This document shows positions 10,683 through 20,879 of a stretch of 64,000 nt of DNA, piece after piece. The DNA comes from a virus, in IMG/VR virus record IMGVR_UViG_3300047472_000134, positions 1 through 64,000 of that record. One strand, 5' to 3'. Position 1 is the first letter of the stretch, and every line of letters starts with the position of its first letter. Both the position numbers and the translations under genes were made by a program. The notes below the pieces were generated by a model that was not told where the DNA came from, searched no databases, and saw only the letters and a program-made list of their open reading frames with translations.

Positions 10683-10995
10683 CCTTGACCAGGAGGTTGC
10701 CGTACATGACGGTCTTGATCTCTGCGCCCTTCACCCGCTGAATCTCGTAGTTCGGCATATGGTTCTTGGCGGTGAGATCCTTGGTGACAGCAGCGCTGAT
10801 GAAGACAGTGAACTCACCGGTCAGTGCCGAGGTGATCGTGGCCGGGATGGTGGTGAACACGTCGTCGGATTCGATGACGAAGTTCACGGTCTCACCGTTC
10901 AGGTTGGTATCAGTGCCGGCAGAGCTTTTCAGGTGGACGGAGAACGTCTCGGAGTTTCCGCGCCAGATAGGAATGTCGCGACGAGCAGGGTTCAT
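10663..10995 (-). CDS. Small Ig/BppU-like fibre adaptor
   Basis: DI.I.RG.S..F.V...N-L-G ... G.F.V.I.A..T..L ... YEIQ ... G...V pattern seen before collagen fibre genes. Confidence 0.6.
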   Translation of the reverse strand: MNPARRDIPIWRGNSETFSVHLKSSAGTDTNLNGETVNFVIESDDVFTTIPATITSALTGEFTVFISAAVTKDLTAKNHMPNYEIQRVKGAEIKTVMYGNLLVKGGVNHD

Positions 10996-11088
10996 GAGGT
11001 CAGCTCCCGACTGAAGGAAAGGACGCCCAGACGATGCTGAGACCGATGATTACGGAGAGGCCGATGGTGAAGTATGGAAGCTCATCCC

Positions 11089-12591
11089 TCATGCCGCCGC
11101 CTTCGGCTTGGAGGCAGGCTTTTTCACCTGCTTGCTCTTCGCCATTTTAGAGCCCTCTGGCGCGAGTCCGCGGCCGAGTGGGTCAGAGTTCGGGGAAACC
11201 TCGTCGGCGCGTCCACCGGCCTCCCCTGCGGGCGCAGGAGTCATAAATCCGGTACCGCTCAGCTCAGGTGCGCCATCCGGCGGAAGCCGGTGGTACATCT
11301 GCAGGTGATATTCGAGATCGGTGATCAGGCCGTGGGACAGATCGGTCAGCAAACGCGACTGGCGCATGGTGAGCTGGGGCTCGAGCTCGAGCTCCGGACG
11401 CAGCTCACCCTTCACGAAGGTGACTTCGGCAAACCCCTGGTAGCCATCCTGATGCAACATGAAGGAGAACACGTTGCTCAGGATGGCTGACACAGGCGCA
11501 TTGAGCTCGTCGGCATTCATCGCTGCAATACGAGCTTCCACCGAACCGGTGTTAACACCCGAGGCGCCGCGACCGATCACAGTAGCCATGGTCTTCAGAC
11601 CCGCTTGATTCTGTGCGTTAAGAGTCTCGATCACCTTGCTGATGTCGATCCCGGCGCCTGGGGATTTCTCGTTCATGATGCCGGGGGTCACCGAGTCCAT
11701 ATGGACGAAGGCGGTGTCTGCCCTGATATCCTGAACGCTGTTGCGGATCTCAGCCAGCCGGCTGTTGATCCACTCGGTCTGCTTTGCCTCGTCGGTCTTG
11801 ACGTTGAGAGGCATGTTCTTGCGGAGCACTTCTTCGACCACCGTCACCTCAAGGCGCGGATAGCCGGTGTACTGCATGATGCGGTAGAGATCGTTGATCA
11901 CCTGCTGGCGGGCGGCGATCGTGTTGATCGTGGAGACGAACGGGCTGTTCGAATAGATCTTGGTCGGGTTCTGCCGGTAGAAGGCGACGAAGAAAGTCGG
12001 GATATCGAGGTTGATACCATCTGTCTTGCCCGACACTTTCTGGCGCGGCTTGTACTCGCCAGGCTTCTTCTCGAACCACTCGACGGATACCAGGTCTACG
12101 TTCCGGAGGTCGGCCGGCATGAGTTTCTGATCGAAGATGAGTTCGATGCCAGCGCCGCCTCGGGCGAGCAGCATGTAACGGATTTCCTCGCACCACTGCT
12201 CGAGGTTCTGCTTCATCTGGAAGCCGAGCGTGTAGTCGGTCGGGACCGTCATGAACTTGATCTTCTGCATCAGCTGCTTGGTAGCTTCCGCGTCGATCTG
12301 GCCGTCCATGTCGCGGACGAGGATAATGGGCTGGGTGTTCGCCATCGTGAGGTAGGCGCTCAGCGCGGCCGACATGTCCGGATCGTTCTCGATCAGCGAC
12401 ATGATGAGCGTGCGAGCGTCGTCGGCCTGGCGAGTGGTGAAGATGTCGGTCAGGTGATCCTGGTACTGCGGCGCAGTCAGGACGTTCTGGCTCTGCTGAG
12501 GATTGAAGGTACCCGTGGCGGAAACACCACCCTTAGCAACCGCCTTTTTAGGCGCGATGATCGAGAGGATGGCTTTGCCCAAAGAGGCCAT
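11089..12591 (-). CDS. Portal protein
   Basis: 500 aa, directly downstream of the terminase gene; helical with a low-complexity basic C-terminus. Confidence 0.85.
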   Translation of the reverse strand: MASLGKAILSIIAPKKAVAKGGVSATGTFNPQQSQNVLTAPQYQDHLTDIFTTRQADDARTLIMSLIENDPDMSAALSAYLTMANTQPIILVRDMDGQIDAEATKQLMQKIKFMTVPTDYTLGFQMKQNLEQWCEEIRYMLLARGGAGIELIFDQKLMPADLRNVDLVSVEWFEKKPGEYKPRQKVSGKTDGINLDIPTFFVAFYRQNPTKIYSNSPFVSTINTIAARQQVINDLYRIMQYTGYPRLEVTVVEEVLRKNMPLNVKTDEAKQTEWINSRLAEIRNSVQDIRADTAFVHMDSVTPGIMNEKSPGAGIDISKVIETLNAQNQAGLKTMATVIGRGASGVNTGSVEARIAAMNADELNAPVSAILSNVFSFMLHQDGYQGFAEVTFVKGELRPELELEPQLTMRQSRLLTDLSHGLITDLEYHLQMYHRLPPDGAPELSGTGFMTPAPAGEAGGRADEVSPNSDPLGRGLAPEGSKMAKSKQVKKPASKPKAAA

Positions 12592-12600
12592 GCGGGGTTC

Positions 12601-14370
12601 CTAGATTCGTCCCAGTGATGTGGGTGTTCGCATTCCGCGCTGCACGCCCAAACGTGAACCGTTACCCATCGGAATGATTATATTTGAATGACTTACAGTC
12701 GTTCGGGGGTCTTCCTGCTGGTAGTCGATGGCGACGTTTACGCGGAGCGCGTAGAGCAGGTAGGCGAGTGAGTGGAAGAAGTGGTCGTTGCCCGTCAGCT
12801 TCTGCCAGCGGGCCGGGTTTTCTTCCTTGGTCTTTTCGTTGACCTCGGTCTCGATGCGGACCATGTCCTGCAGGTGGTCGAGCACGACACGCTGGTGCCG
12901 GCCGTAGCCGTAGAGTGCGATCTTGCGCTTGCGGACAGCACTGGCCACTGTGTCGATCATGGTCGTGCGGTTGCCCATGATGTGCGACAGCTGGTCGAGC
13001 TCGTCGGTGATCATGTTGACCGCAGCAGCTCCAGGAGCGCCAGAATATTGGACCGGCATGATGCGGCCCTGCGACATGTCGCGGATCTCGTTCGCGAGCG
13101 GAGTGTACGGATTTCTGTCCATGCATCCGCCGACGACGTTGTACGTCTCGAGGATGGTCTTGATTTCGTCGACGAGGTTGTCGGCCGACACTTGGCGGAA
13201 GCTGAAGACGACAGGCGTTGCCTGGCCAACCGCGGCGAGCGTGATGTGGCAGGTGAGACCAGCGTCGATCCCAACCATCACAGGCTCGTAGCTGTTGATC
13301 TCGGGACTGCCCTCACCCTTCATGACGGCCAGGATGTCGACCTCGCTCAGGCGGGCCGAGCTATCGTTGTAGGCCTCGCCAAGCACAGTGTTGTGGAAGC
13401 GGCGCAGCGCGTCCTTCTGCTTGTACTTGATCAGCTGGTCGACGATGTATTCCGGGTTCGCGATATGGTGGACGCAGAACGGACTTACGCGGTAACCGCG
13501 AACGCGACGGCCAGGGTAGCGAGGCACCCAAGAGCGCAGCGAAGGATCAGCGGTGTTAAGACGGCGAGAGCAGTTCTCACATCGAAGGTAGGAGGCTCCA
13601 AGGTCCAGCTTGTCAGCAAGTTCACTGTCGATTTCTGTGAGGTCATTGAGGTCTCCGGACAGGCCAGGGATGTGGATGAATTTCGGGTTGAAATACGGGA
13701 TGTTGTAGTGGTTGCAGCCCTCGCACTTGACCATGTACTCGTGCTGATCAGAGACCTGGAAACCAGCGTGGACGCCAAATCCCTCGAACGTCGGGGTCGA
13801 GAAGCTCTGCGTGATCTTGTGGGTCGAGCCCTGCAGACGCGACTGGTAGAGGGCCAGCATCTCCTGGTCGGCCAGGTCGATTTCGTCCTGGAACAGCGCG
13901 TCGGCGTTGATCGAGGTCGCGTCAGATTCCTTGCCACCGGTGAAGAAGCCGAAGGACTGGTTGATCTGGTAGAGGCCGACCGACCGGACAGGCTTCTCGT
14001 TCGCTGCCATGTTGAAGACTGGCTCGCCCTGGATCAGGGGGCCGAAGCGGGTCTGCGAGACGCGCTTGAACATCACGTCGGTCGGCAGGGAAAAGATCGC
14101 GTTCAATGCCGTGTTGCGAGTGAGGAAGCCCGCGAACTTGCGGAGCTGCACCTCGGTCAGGCCGATCTGCGAGCATTTGATGGTGAAGAGGTTCGGATGC
14201 ATGTCATCGACGATCTGCCTCTGAAACTCATAGCCCTTGAATGAGAACTGCTTTTTGCGGAGGTGAGTGTTCGCTTCGATCCACTCGGACATCGACATGT
14301 TGATGGAGTCTTCCGCAAATCGCTGGCGTAATTGGGCGCGGAAGTCAGACAAATAGTCGTTGCGAAACAT
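12601..14370 (-). CDS. Terminase large subunit (lambda gpA-like family)
   Basis: KCSQIGLTE Walker A variant, FQDEID Walker B, STPT motif III, two CxxC pairs, nuclease GIDAG and NDHFFH. Confidence 0.9.
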   Translation of the reverse strand: MFRNDYLSDFRAQLRQRFAEDSINMSMSEWIEANTHLRKKQFSFKGYEFQRQIVDDMHPNLFTIKCSQIGLTEVQLRKFAGFLTRNTALNAIFSLPTDVMFKRVSQTRFGPLIQGEPVFNMAANEKPVRSVGLYQINQSFGFFTGGKESDATSINADALFQDEIDLADQEMLALYQSRLQGSTHKITQSFSTPTFEGFGVHAGFQVSDQHEYMVKCEGCNHYNIPYFNPKFIHIPGLSGDLNDLTEIDSELADKLDLGASYLRCENCSRRLNTADPSLRSWVPRYPGRRVRGYRVSPFCVHHIANPEYIVDQLIKYKQKDALRRFHNTVLGEAYNDSSARLSEVDILAVMKGEGSPEINSYEPVMVGIDAGLTCHITLAAVGQATPVVFSFRQVSADNLVDEIKTILETYNVVGGCMDRNPYTPLANEIRDMSQGRIMPVQYSGAPGAAAVNMITDELDQLSHIMGNRTTMIDTVASAVRKRKIALYGYGRHQRVVLDHLQDMVRIETEVNEKTKEENPARWQKLTGNDHFFHSLAYLLYALRVNVAIDYQQEDPRTTVSHSNIIIPMGNGSRLGVQRGMRTPTSLGRI

Positions 14371-14463
14371 TGTGTTGGGTATATGGGATTGCCTGTCTAA
14401 GTTCGCAATAGATCACGGACTAAGCAAGAATATGCGAGCGGTGTTGTCTCGCACGGCGTGCTT

Positions 14464-14482
14464 GAGTAAGTCATACTCTCGC
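14464..14482. promoter_or_regulatory. GAGTA-N5-TACTC(TCGC) palindromic site
   Basis: GAGTAagtcaTACTCtcgc in the divergent terminase/replication intergenic region. Confidence 0.7.
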
Positions 14483-14546
14483 ACGCAGCGACTGGCTGAT
14501 TAGGTGTGCTCTCGCTACATGTGGTTCCGACAAACACGGAGCTTTC

Positions 14547-15008
14547 ATGAGCAAATATTTCCCCAACATCAGTGAGGAGCAAATTCTCCTCATCAACCGC
14601 GTGCTGCGGGGTCTCGCAGACAATCCCGACTACCTCGACGGCTCGTCCTACCCACAGACGGTTCTCGACTTCTTCAACAAGCAGCAGGCCCGCGCCGGCC
14701 AGGTGGAGGATCTCTTCGAAGGCGACCAAGTGGTTGCGATCGAGAAGCAGATCCAGTCACTGATCAACGATCTGGAAGCCTACGGCCGGAGCCTGAACGC
14801 CGACGATAGCTCCGAGAAGATCCAGTATTTCAAGACGAAGAACTCGCTCTTGGAAAAGCTCCTCAACAACCTCGAGCGAGCAGCCAACCTCAAGCAGATC
14901 AACGAGTTTCGATCGACCGTCATCACCTTCATGGACGAGGTTTTGGACAAGGATCAGATCACCAATTTCATGAAGCGTATCGACGGAGTGCTCACCAATG
15001 GCCGATAA
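14547..15008 (+). CDS. Hypothetical coiled-coil protein (possible small terminase)
   Basis: 153 aa, helical, RBS GGAG, overlaps the primase start. Confidence 0.6.
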   Translation: MSKYFPNISEEQILLINRVLRGLADNPDYLDGSSYPQTVLDFFNKQQARAGQVEDLFEGDQVVAIEKQIQSLINDLEAYGRSLNADDSSEKIQYFKTKNSLLEKLLNNLERAANLKQINEFRSTVITFMDEVLDKDQITNFMKRIDGVLTNGR

Positions 15009-17406
15009 GATTTTCGAAACCCACGCACCGCTCTATTGGGCCGCTGGCCTTCCGGCCATTCCGCTGATCGCTGAGAACAAGCGTCCTGCCATCCCTCGTT
15101 GGCAGATGTACTCCGACGCGTTCCCGAGCAAGGATGACCAGGCCGGCTGGCTGCAGGCGTTCGCCTACGGCAACATCGGTCTGCCGATGGGTCCAGCCTC
15201 TGGCCTCGTCGCGATCGACATCGATAGCGAGGATCCAGTCGTCCTCCAGGTTCTCGATCGCGTGCTGCCGCACTCCCCGTGGCACCGCGTCGGCCGCAAG
15301 GGTCGGGTGCAGATCTATCGTTGGTCGGGCGAGCGCACGGCTCGTATCAAGGCCGAAGATGGCTCGATGATCTGCGAAATCCTGTCGAAGGGCACGCAGT
15401 TCGTTCTGCCGCCGTCGATCCACCCTGATACCAAGATGCCCTACACGGCGAACGGCAATCTCTGGGAGATCGCCAAGCAGGCCCCGCCGCTTCCGCTCGA
15501 GTTCGAGAAGGTGCTCAAGGGCGCCCTTCGCGAGGCTGGCATCGCTGTCTCGTCTGGTGGCCAGTCCAAGACGCTGAACTTCGTCCCGGCCGGCGCCCGC
15601 GATGCAACGATGGTTTGGCATGCCGGTCTGTTGGCGCGTGCGGTTCTGCGTGGTGAGCGGTCGCTCATCCAGGTGTTGGGCGAAATGCAGGCCTGGGTCG
15701 AGAACTTCGTCGAGAAGGTGGTAGGCGATCCGCTCACCGTCGAGAAGGCCCAGGGTAAGGTGGTCGAGTTCCTCGTCAGCGACGTCACGGGCGCGGCTGG
15801 CAAGTCACTGCCACTTGGTTGGGACGAAGGTCTCACCGAGGAGGATCTCGTCCGCCTTGGGCTCACGTTCACGGACGACGACAAGACGTGGACCGCTCAG
15901 AAGATCATGGATTACGTCTCGACCGAGTTCGAGCGTTTCCTCGATCCGCGTTCCGAAGGTCGCACGACGGCGATCAACGTCGCCCTCGGCAAGATCTGCC
16001 GCGCCAATCCGCCACTCAGCCCGATCGACGAGGGTATGGTCCTGCGGATGATCGTCAGCTCGTCGGCCGGCGTGTGTGCGCTGACCGACCTGAAGAAGGC
16101 TCTCAACACGCTGCGTCGTGGCGACATCCTCGGTGAGACGCACTCGGAGCTGGCCGAAGCATGCCTCGGCTTCCTCGGCAAGTACGGTGAGGTCCGCTAT
16201 GACGCTTCCAACTTCTGGCAGTGGCGTGGCGCCGCCTGGACCAAGTGCCAGGAAGCTGAGCTGCTGAAGATCATCTCACAGACCTACGGCAACTACCCGG
16301 CGTGCAAGCGCCAGTCGGACCACTCAGGCATCCTGAAGGTCATGAAGGCGATCGCCACCGCTCCGCTGCGGACGTCCTATGTCAAGGGCGTGAACTTTGC
16401 GAACGGCTATCTGACCGAGAACCTCGAGCTGGTACCGCATGCGCCCGAGTTCGGCATGACCTACACCCTGCCCTACCGCTACACGCCTGAGAAGGCCGGC
16501 CACATGCCGATGTTCGACCAGTTCCTCAACGACAGCTGGGCGACCGACGCCGATTACGGTGACAAGCTGCTGGCTCTGCAGGAGATGCTTGGCGTCTCGC
16601 TGATGGGCAAGGCCCCGCAGTTCCAGATGGCGTTCCTTCTGTTCGGCCAGGCTGGTGCTGGCAAGTCGGTGCTCCAGGCCATCATGCGTGGTTTGATGCC
16701 GACCGGTTCCTCGTCGGCCATCTCACCTTCGGATTGGGCTGACCGGTTCCTGCCAGCCGAGATGTTCGGCAAGGTCATCAACTTCGCGGGCGAGCTGTCG
16801 GAGACGAAGACGATCCCAGGCGACATCTTCAAGAAGGTGGTGTCGGGCGAAGAGATGCAGGTGCAGCACAAGAACGGCCAGCCGTTCCTGATCGAGCCGC
16901 AGTGCGCCCATTGGTTCAACTCGAACCATCTGCCGAAGACGCGGGACAGCTCCGAGGGCTTCAATCGCCGCTGGCTGATCCTGGAGTTCAACAATCGTAT
17001 CCCGGCCGACAAGCGGGTGATCGATCTGGACGCTCAGATCCTCGAGCACGAGTGTGAGGCGATCGTCGCCTGGGCGATCCAGGGCTACAAGCGCCTCGTC
17101 GAGAAGGGCAACTACACTTTCCCGACCTCGCATCTGGCTCTGGTCGAGGCGATGGCAGCGGACAACAACTCGGTTCGTCACTTCCTGACCTCGACGGGTA
17201 CGGGTCTGAAGTGGGGTTCTGAACATGCGATCGCCCTGGCCGATCTGCACACGCAGTATTGGCAGTTCTCGATCGCGACGGGCAACGCCACTCGCGTCAA
17301 CGTCACAAAGTTCACGAAGCTGATGAAGGAACTGTCGGGCACGTTCCCGTTCGAGATCGACATCCGCGGCAAAAACGAAGTGTTCTATTTGGGAGTTGGT
17401 GTCTGA
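14998..17406 (+). CDS. Bifunctional prim-pol / D5-like SF3 helicase replication protein
   Basis: N-terminal NIGLPMG..SGLVAIDID and VLPPSIHPDT (Prim-Pol); D5_N-like F.NG; Walker A GQAGAGKS; N.LP...D.S.GF.RRW.I.EF. Confidence 0.92.
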   Translation: MADKIFETHAPLYWAAGLPAIPLIAENKRPAIPRWQMYSDAFPSKDDQAGWLQAFAYGNIGLPMGPASGLVAIDIDSEDPVVLQVLDRVLPHSPWHRVGRKGRVQIYRWSGERTARIKAEDGSMICEILSKGTQFVLPPSIHPDTKMPYTANGNLWEIAKQAPPLPLEFEKVLKGALREAGIAVSSGGQSKTLNFVPAGARDATMVWHAGLLARAVLRGERSLIQVLGEMQAWVENFVEKVVGDPLTVEKAQGKVVEFLVSDVTGAAGKSLPLGWDEGLTEEDLVRLGLTFTDDDKTWTAQKIMDYVSTEFERFLDPRSEGRTTAINVALGKICRANPPLSPIDEGMVLRMIVSSSAGVCALTDLKKALNTLRRGDILGETHSELAEACLGFLGKYGEVRYDASNFWQWRGAAWTKCQEAELLKIISQTYGNYPACKRQSDHSGILKVMKAIATAPLRTSYVKGVNFANGYLTENLELVPHAPEFGMTYTLPYRYTPEKAGHMPMFDQFLNDSWATDADYGDKLLALQEMLGVSLMGKAPQFQMAFLLFGQAGAGKSVLQAIMRGLMPTGSSSAISPSDWADRFLPAEMFGKVINFAGELSETKTIPGDIFKKVVSGEEMQVQHKNGQPFLIEPQCAHWFNSNHLPKTRDSSEGFNRRWLILEFNNRIPADKRVIDLDAQILEHECEAIVAWAIQGYKRLVEKGNYTFPTSHLALVEAMAADNNSVRHFLTSTGTGLKWGSEHAIALADLHTQYWQFSIATGNATRVNVTKFTKLMKELSGTFPFEIDIRGKNEVFYLGVGV

Positions 17407-17534
17407 TGAACGGACTTGGCAATTTTCTCTATTTCATCATGATTTGGGCAGGGATCGGCGCGATCCTGTCGTTCGGAGGTTCGATTTGGCTGCTTTATTG
17501 GGCTCTGAATCATGTTTCGCTGACGATCTCGTAG
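17406..17534 (+). CDS. Small membrane protein
   Basis: MNGLGNFLYFIMIWAGIGAILSFGGSIWLLYWAL..., ATG coupled to the primase stop. Confidence 0.5.
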   Translation: MNGLGNFLYFIMIWAGIGAILSFGGSIWLLYWALNHVSLTIS

Positions 17535-17625
17535 TCGTCAGGGTCAAAAATCGCCGGCCTCGGTCGGCGGTTCCCCTCATAAAAAGGGGTTCCAGACGTC
17601 GATTTTGGAGAATTTTTAGGGCGCT

Positions 17626-18195
17626 TTAGGCGCCCTTTTCTGTATATTTGAGCATGCGTTTCGTCCGGAAAGCCTGCTTTTCCGCTTCCGTCAAGGTTGG
17701 CTGGTTGAACAGCAGATTCGAAACTTCAATGGTCCATTTGTCCCGCTTCAGGTTCTTGGCGATGTTATCGAGTCCGCGGATTATGATGTAGATACCAGTC
17801 AGGAGCGGAAGGGCTTCCGGAACAGCTTCGGGGATCTTGTCCGCGGCATAGAAAATGGCCAATAGGCCAACAGCGATCTCGATTCCACCGTAGATCTTGG
17901 GGAAATAACCACGGATCGCGAAAAAGAGCAGTGCGGCTATAACCACATACAATTTCAAGATGAAGGGCGCAGGGACTGCGGCCAACTCCCTTACTGTCGT
18001 CTCGACTTTGTGTCTGAACCCCTCGTTTTTGAGAATGTGACCTGAAAGGTAGCCTGCCAGCACGCCAGCGAGGAGGGCCAAGACTAATGTGCCAATGGTG
18101 CCGATAGTTTTCCTAAAAATGGATTTTACTTTTGAATTGACTTCCGGTGGGATGAACTTTTGAACTAGCATTTCAGGCCTTCTGAGATTGGACAT
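17626..18195 (-). CDS. Multi-pass membrane protein (moron)
   Basis: About four hydrophobic segments, lower GC. Confidence 0.65.
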   Translation of the reverse strand: MSNLRRPEMLVQKFIPPEVNSKVKSIFRKTIGTIGTLVLALLAGVLAGYLSGHILKNEGFRHKVETTVRELAAVPAPFILKLYVVIAALLFFAIRGYFPKIYGGIEIAVGLLAIFYAADKIPEAVPEALPLLTGIYIIIRGLDNIAKNLKRDKWTIEVSNLLFNQPTLTEAEKQAFRTKRMLKYTEKGA

Positions 18196-18230
18196 ATATC
18201 GAGGGTTGTCCGGATCTGAGTGCTCGTCAA

Positions 18231-18650
18231 GTGCCGAAAATCGTGTATCTTCTGTCTATGTTCATTCAGATCAACCGACACACCACAGGTGAGCACGAAA
18301 CTGTCATAATCGGGCTCGTGGAGCTAAATGACGATGATGTCGGTGAATTCTATATTCAGCTCGACAATGAACATCGTGAAGCGGCTCAGATTGTGATCAC
18401 GATCGCCGGCTACGAGGATGGGGAATCTTATGACGTGGGCTTTATTGCGGAGCTCGTGGATGGAATTCCGAGGCTGGATCAGGTTCAGGTTCTGAAATTC
18501 AAGGCCGAGGAGAAGCCTGTTGCGGTCGATTTTGACGACGATGCGGTGGTTCAAATGGCCAGACTTGTTGCTCGAGAGATCGCTGTTGAGAACCATATGA
18601 ACCTGCATTATGCGGCTAAAATCGGCGTTAAGTCCTCGTATTTCCATTGA
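18231..18650 (+). CDS. Acidic hypothetical protein (moron)
   Basis: Open 139-aa ORF, divergent from the membrane gene; start may be ATG 18258. Confidence 0.55.
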   Translation: MPKIVYLLSMFIQINRHTTGEHETVIIGLVELNDDDVGEFYIQLDNEHREAAQIVITIAGYEDGESYDVGFIAELVDGIPRLDQVQVLKFKAEEKPVAVDFDDDAVVQMARLVAREIAVENHMNLHYAAKIGVKSSYFH

Positions 18651-18707
18651 AATTGCGGTTTTTGAGTTGTCAACGGGCGTCCGAGAGGGCGCCCGATTTT
18701 CGTTCAA

Positions 18708-18726
18708 GAGTATGCATTACTCTCGC
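18708..18726. promoter_or_regulatory. GAGTA-N5-TACTC(TCGC) palindromic site
   Basis: GAGTAtgcatTACTCtcgc, intergenic, upstream of the early region. Confidence 0.7.
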
Positions 18727-19067
18727 GTTTCGCCTCTAGCGCCAGGTGCTGGTTCGGATTTAGAGGTTGGGCATCAGAGAGGTTCCCTAGACCCCTATGA
18801 TAGCAGTCCGAAAAACGAAAAATTTCCCGGAGTTTGTCTGACCCTATTAAGCGAAAAAAGCTGAATAAGATCAGATAATTAGGTGGTACCCTTCGTTCGC
18901 TTTCGGTGATGATAGGCATTAGATTGATAACAGTTGATCAAACGGGTCAACGAGGGGATGGCCTTGGCCAGCCCCTTGGCGGGAGACGTGCGTCTTCCTC
19001 CTCACTTCCCCCACGGGGGAACGGATCAAACACTCTCCCCCACGGGGGAAACGAAAGGGACACGGAC

Positions 19068-19823
19068 ATGAGCACGACGACGGCGGTTAAGGAACAGACT
19101 AACATCCCAACGGGCTACACGGTAGCGTCGGTTATCTCTCGGATCATGGCGCTAGACGTCGATGCTTCGGGCAATGCCGAAAAGGCAGCATGGAAGCGTT
19201 ACATGAGCCTTTGCCTCCTGTCGCTGGCCAAGGGTTGGGACCTGAAGAAGGTTGCGGAACAGGTCTTTGGCGCCAATGCCAAGCCTTCCAAGACATTCCA
19301 GAACATGGCAAGCCTTGCCCGCAAGGTCCGCCACAATCCGGAATTGCTTGGCAATCATCAATGGGCCGACGTCAAGGTCATGGCCATTGAAGAGGCGCAG
19401 GACGCCACGATCGCCATGATCAATCGCCACATGGCGGTGCTCGATGTCTCGTCCAAAAACGAGTACGAAAAGTTCTGCGAATTCTCCGCTGTTGAGGCAG
19501 GGGAGAAGAGGCAGCAGGACGCGGACGAAAAGGCTGCTGCAGCCAAGGCGAAAGCCGAAGCCGATTTGGCCGAAAAGGTCGAAACGGACAAGAAGGAGAC
19601 GGACGCCAAAGCCAAGGCGGACGCCACTCCGGAGCGCACGCCAGCCGAGGCCGCGATTGCAGCCCTAGCGGATGCATCCTCCTCTGACTTGGTTCAAGTC
19701 GCCTTCCATTGCCTCAAGGGCAAGATTGATCTCTCGGATGCAATCGCCATCCGCGACTGGTTGGACAATGCCATCGCCATGGCCGCGACCCAGATCGAAG
19801 GCCCCGCTGCAGCCGCAGCGTAA
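19068..19823 (+). CDS. First early-region hypothetical protein (Ala/Lys/Glu-rich coiled C-half)
   Basis: Start re-called at ATG 19068 after RBS GAAAGGGA. Confidence 0.75.
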   Translation: MSTTTAVKEQTNIPTGYTVASVISRIMALDVDASGNAEKAAWKRYMSLCLLSLAKGWDLKKVAEQVFGANAKPSKTFQNMASLARKVRHNPELLGNHQWADVKVMAIEEAQDATIAMINRHMAVLDVSSKNEYEKFCEFSAVEAGEKRQQDADEKAAAAKAKAEADLAEKVETDKKETDAKAKADATPERTPAEAAIAALADASSSDLVQVAFHCLKGKIDLSDAIAIRDWLDNAIAMAATQIEGPAAAAA

Positions 19824-20354
19824 GGCCCCCACTCCCCACCCACGAAGCAACACCCAAGGCACAACCGTGCCTTGGTCCACAACCCTGCGTCGCATCACAT
19901 GACGCGAGAGACCAACTTAAAAGCGCGAAGGAAGGCGTTTGGAAATGATCCGCGAAACGACAAATCCGAAATACCAGCAGCCAGCTCAACATTCCGGAAA
20001 GGTCCGCATCCTCGCGAACCGCAACACCGAGTTCTACGAAGGCGACTTCGTATCGGCTAGCTCGCGGGACATGTCCAAAGGCATTCCACCACAGCCGAAC
20101 TTCGTGGATCGTAAGCCTCATGAGGCTCCGAGCCGCGAACCCGAGCCGAGAGACAGGCCGCTCGGGTCGAGCATGTGGATCTTGGATCAAGATTCAAGCG
20201 CCCCGCTCTGGTTCATCAAGGACCGGACCACGCATCACATCTTCGCTCAGGTTCGCGGCTCACTGCCGTGGATCGTGGACCAGATGAAACTGCTCGCCGA
20301 CCAGCTCGGAGGGCAGGTCAATGAACTGTATTATCAGAGGGCTAGGGACAACTG

Positions 20355-20573
20355 ATGTTTACGAACACATACCAACACGGATGGGATGATGCCATCCACA
20401 AGCGGCCGAAACCAGTCGGCATGTCAAGCGAGTATCGCGACGGCTACATGGCCGGCGAGCGCTACTGCATCAAGGAACGGACTGTGGAGCTGATTGCGGT
20501 CGGCGCCCTGGCCTTTACCATGGGTGGCGTGTTCCTTGCATGGGTCGCCCAGAGCGTGGTGCTGGCCGTATGA
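20355..20573 (+). CDS. Small hypothetical protein with C-terminal TM helix
   Basis: YQHGWDDA...EYRDGY.AG motif; hydrophobic tail. Confidence 0.55.
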   Translation: MFTNTYQHGWDDAIHKRPKPVGMSSEYRDGYMAGERYCIKERTVELIAVGALAFTMGGVFLAWVAQSVVLAV

Positions 20574-20879
20574 CGGAATTCTGGTACCTCGATTTATCGG
20601 GCCGGGTTCTCGGCTCGGTTCAGGCATTCTCGTTTCGAGATGCTCATGCATGGCTGACCATGCAGGGTGTCTCGTACCACACGGTCACCAAATTTCGGCC
20701 TCGCCAGCGCAAGTCTCGCGAGCGTCGGATCGAGAAGCGTACTCGCCGGTACGGGGAGTTGGCGTTGTGACGGCTATGATTGTCCCGGCTGGTCTATGTA
20801 CCGGCCGGGATCTTGGACGTGAACCAGAACCGCGACCCTTGTGTGGGTTGGGATTTTAAGAGTCGGGATTTGTGCTTTT

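Noticed and set aside
12772-14244. Long antisense ORFs (also 4535-5563, 47804-48844, 49567-50802, 58290-60307)
   Set aside because: Shadow frames of GC3-biased genes; the opposite strand carries recognisable protein motifs
17540-18900. cos/pac site suggested by the gpA-type terminase and hairpin-rich gaps
   Set aside because: No specific end sequence can be identified without read-terminus data
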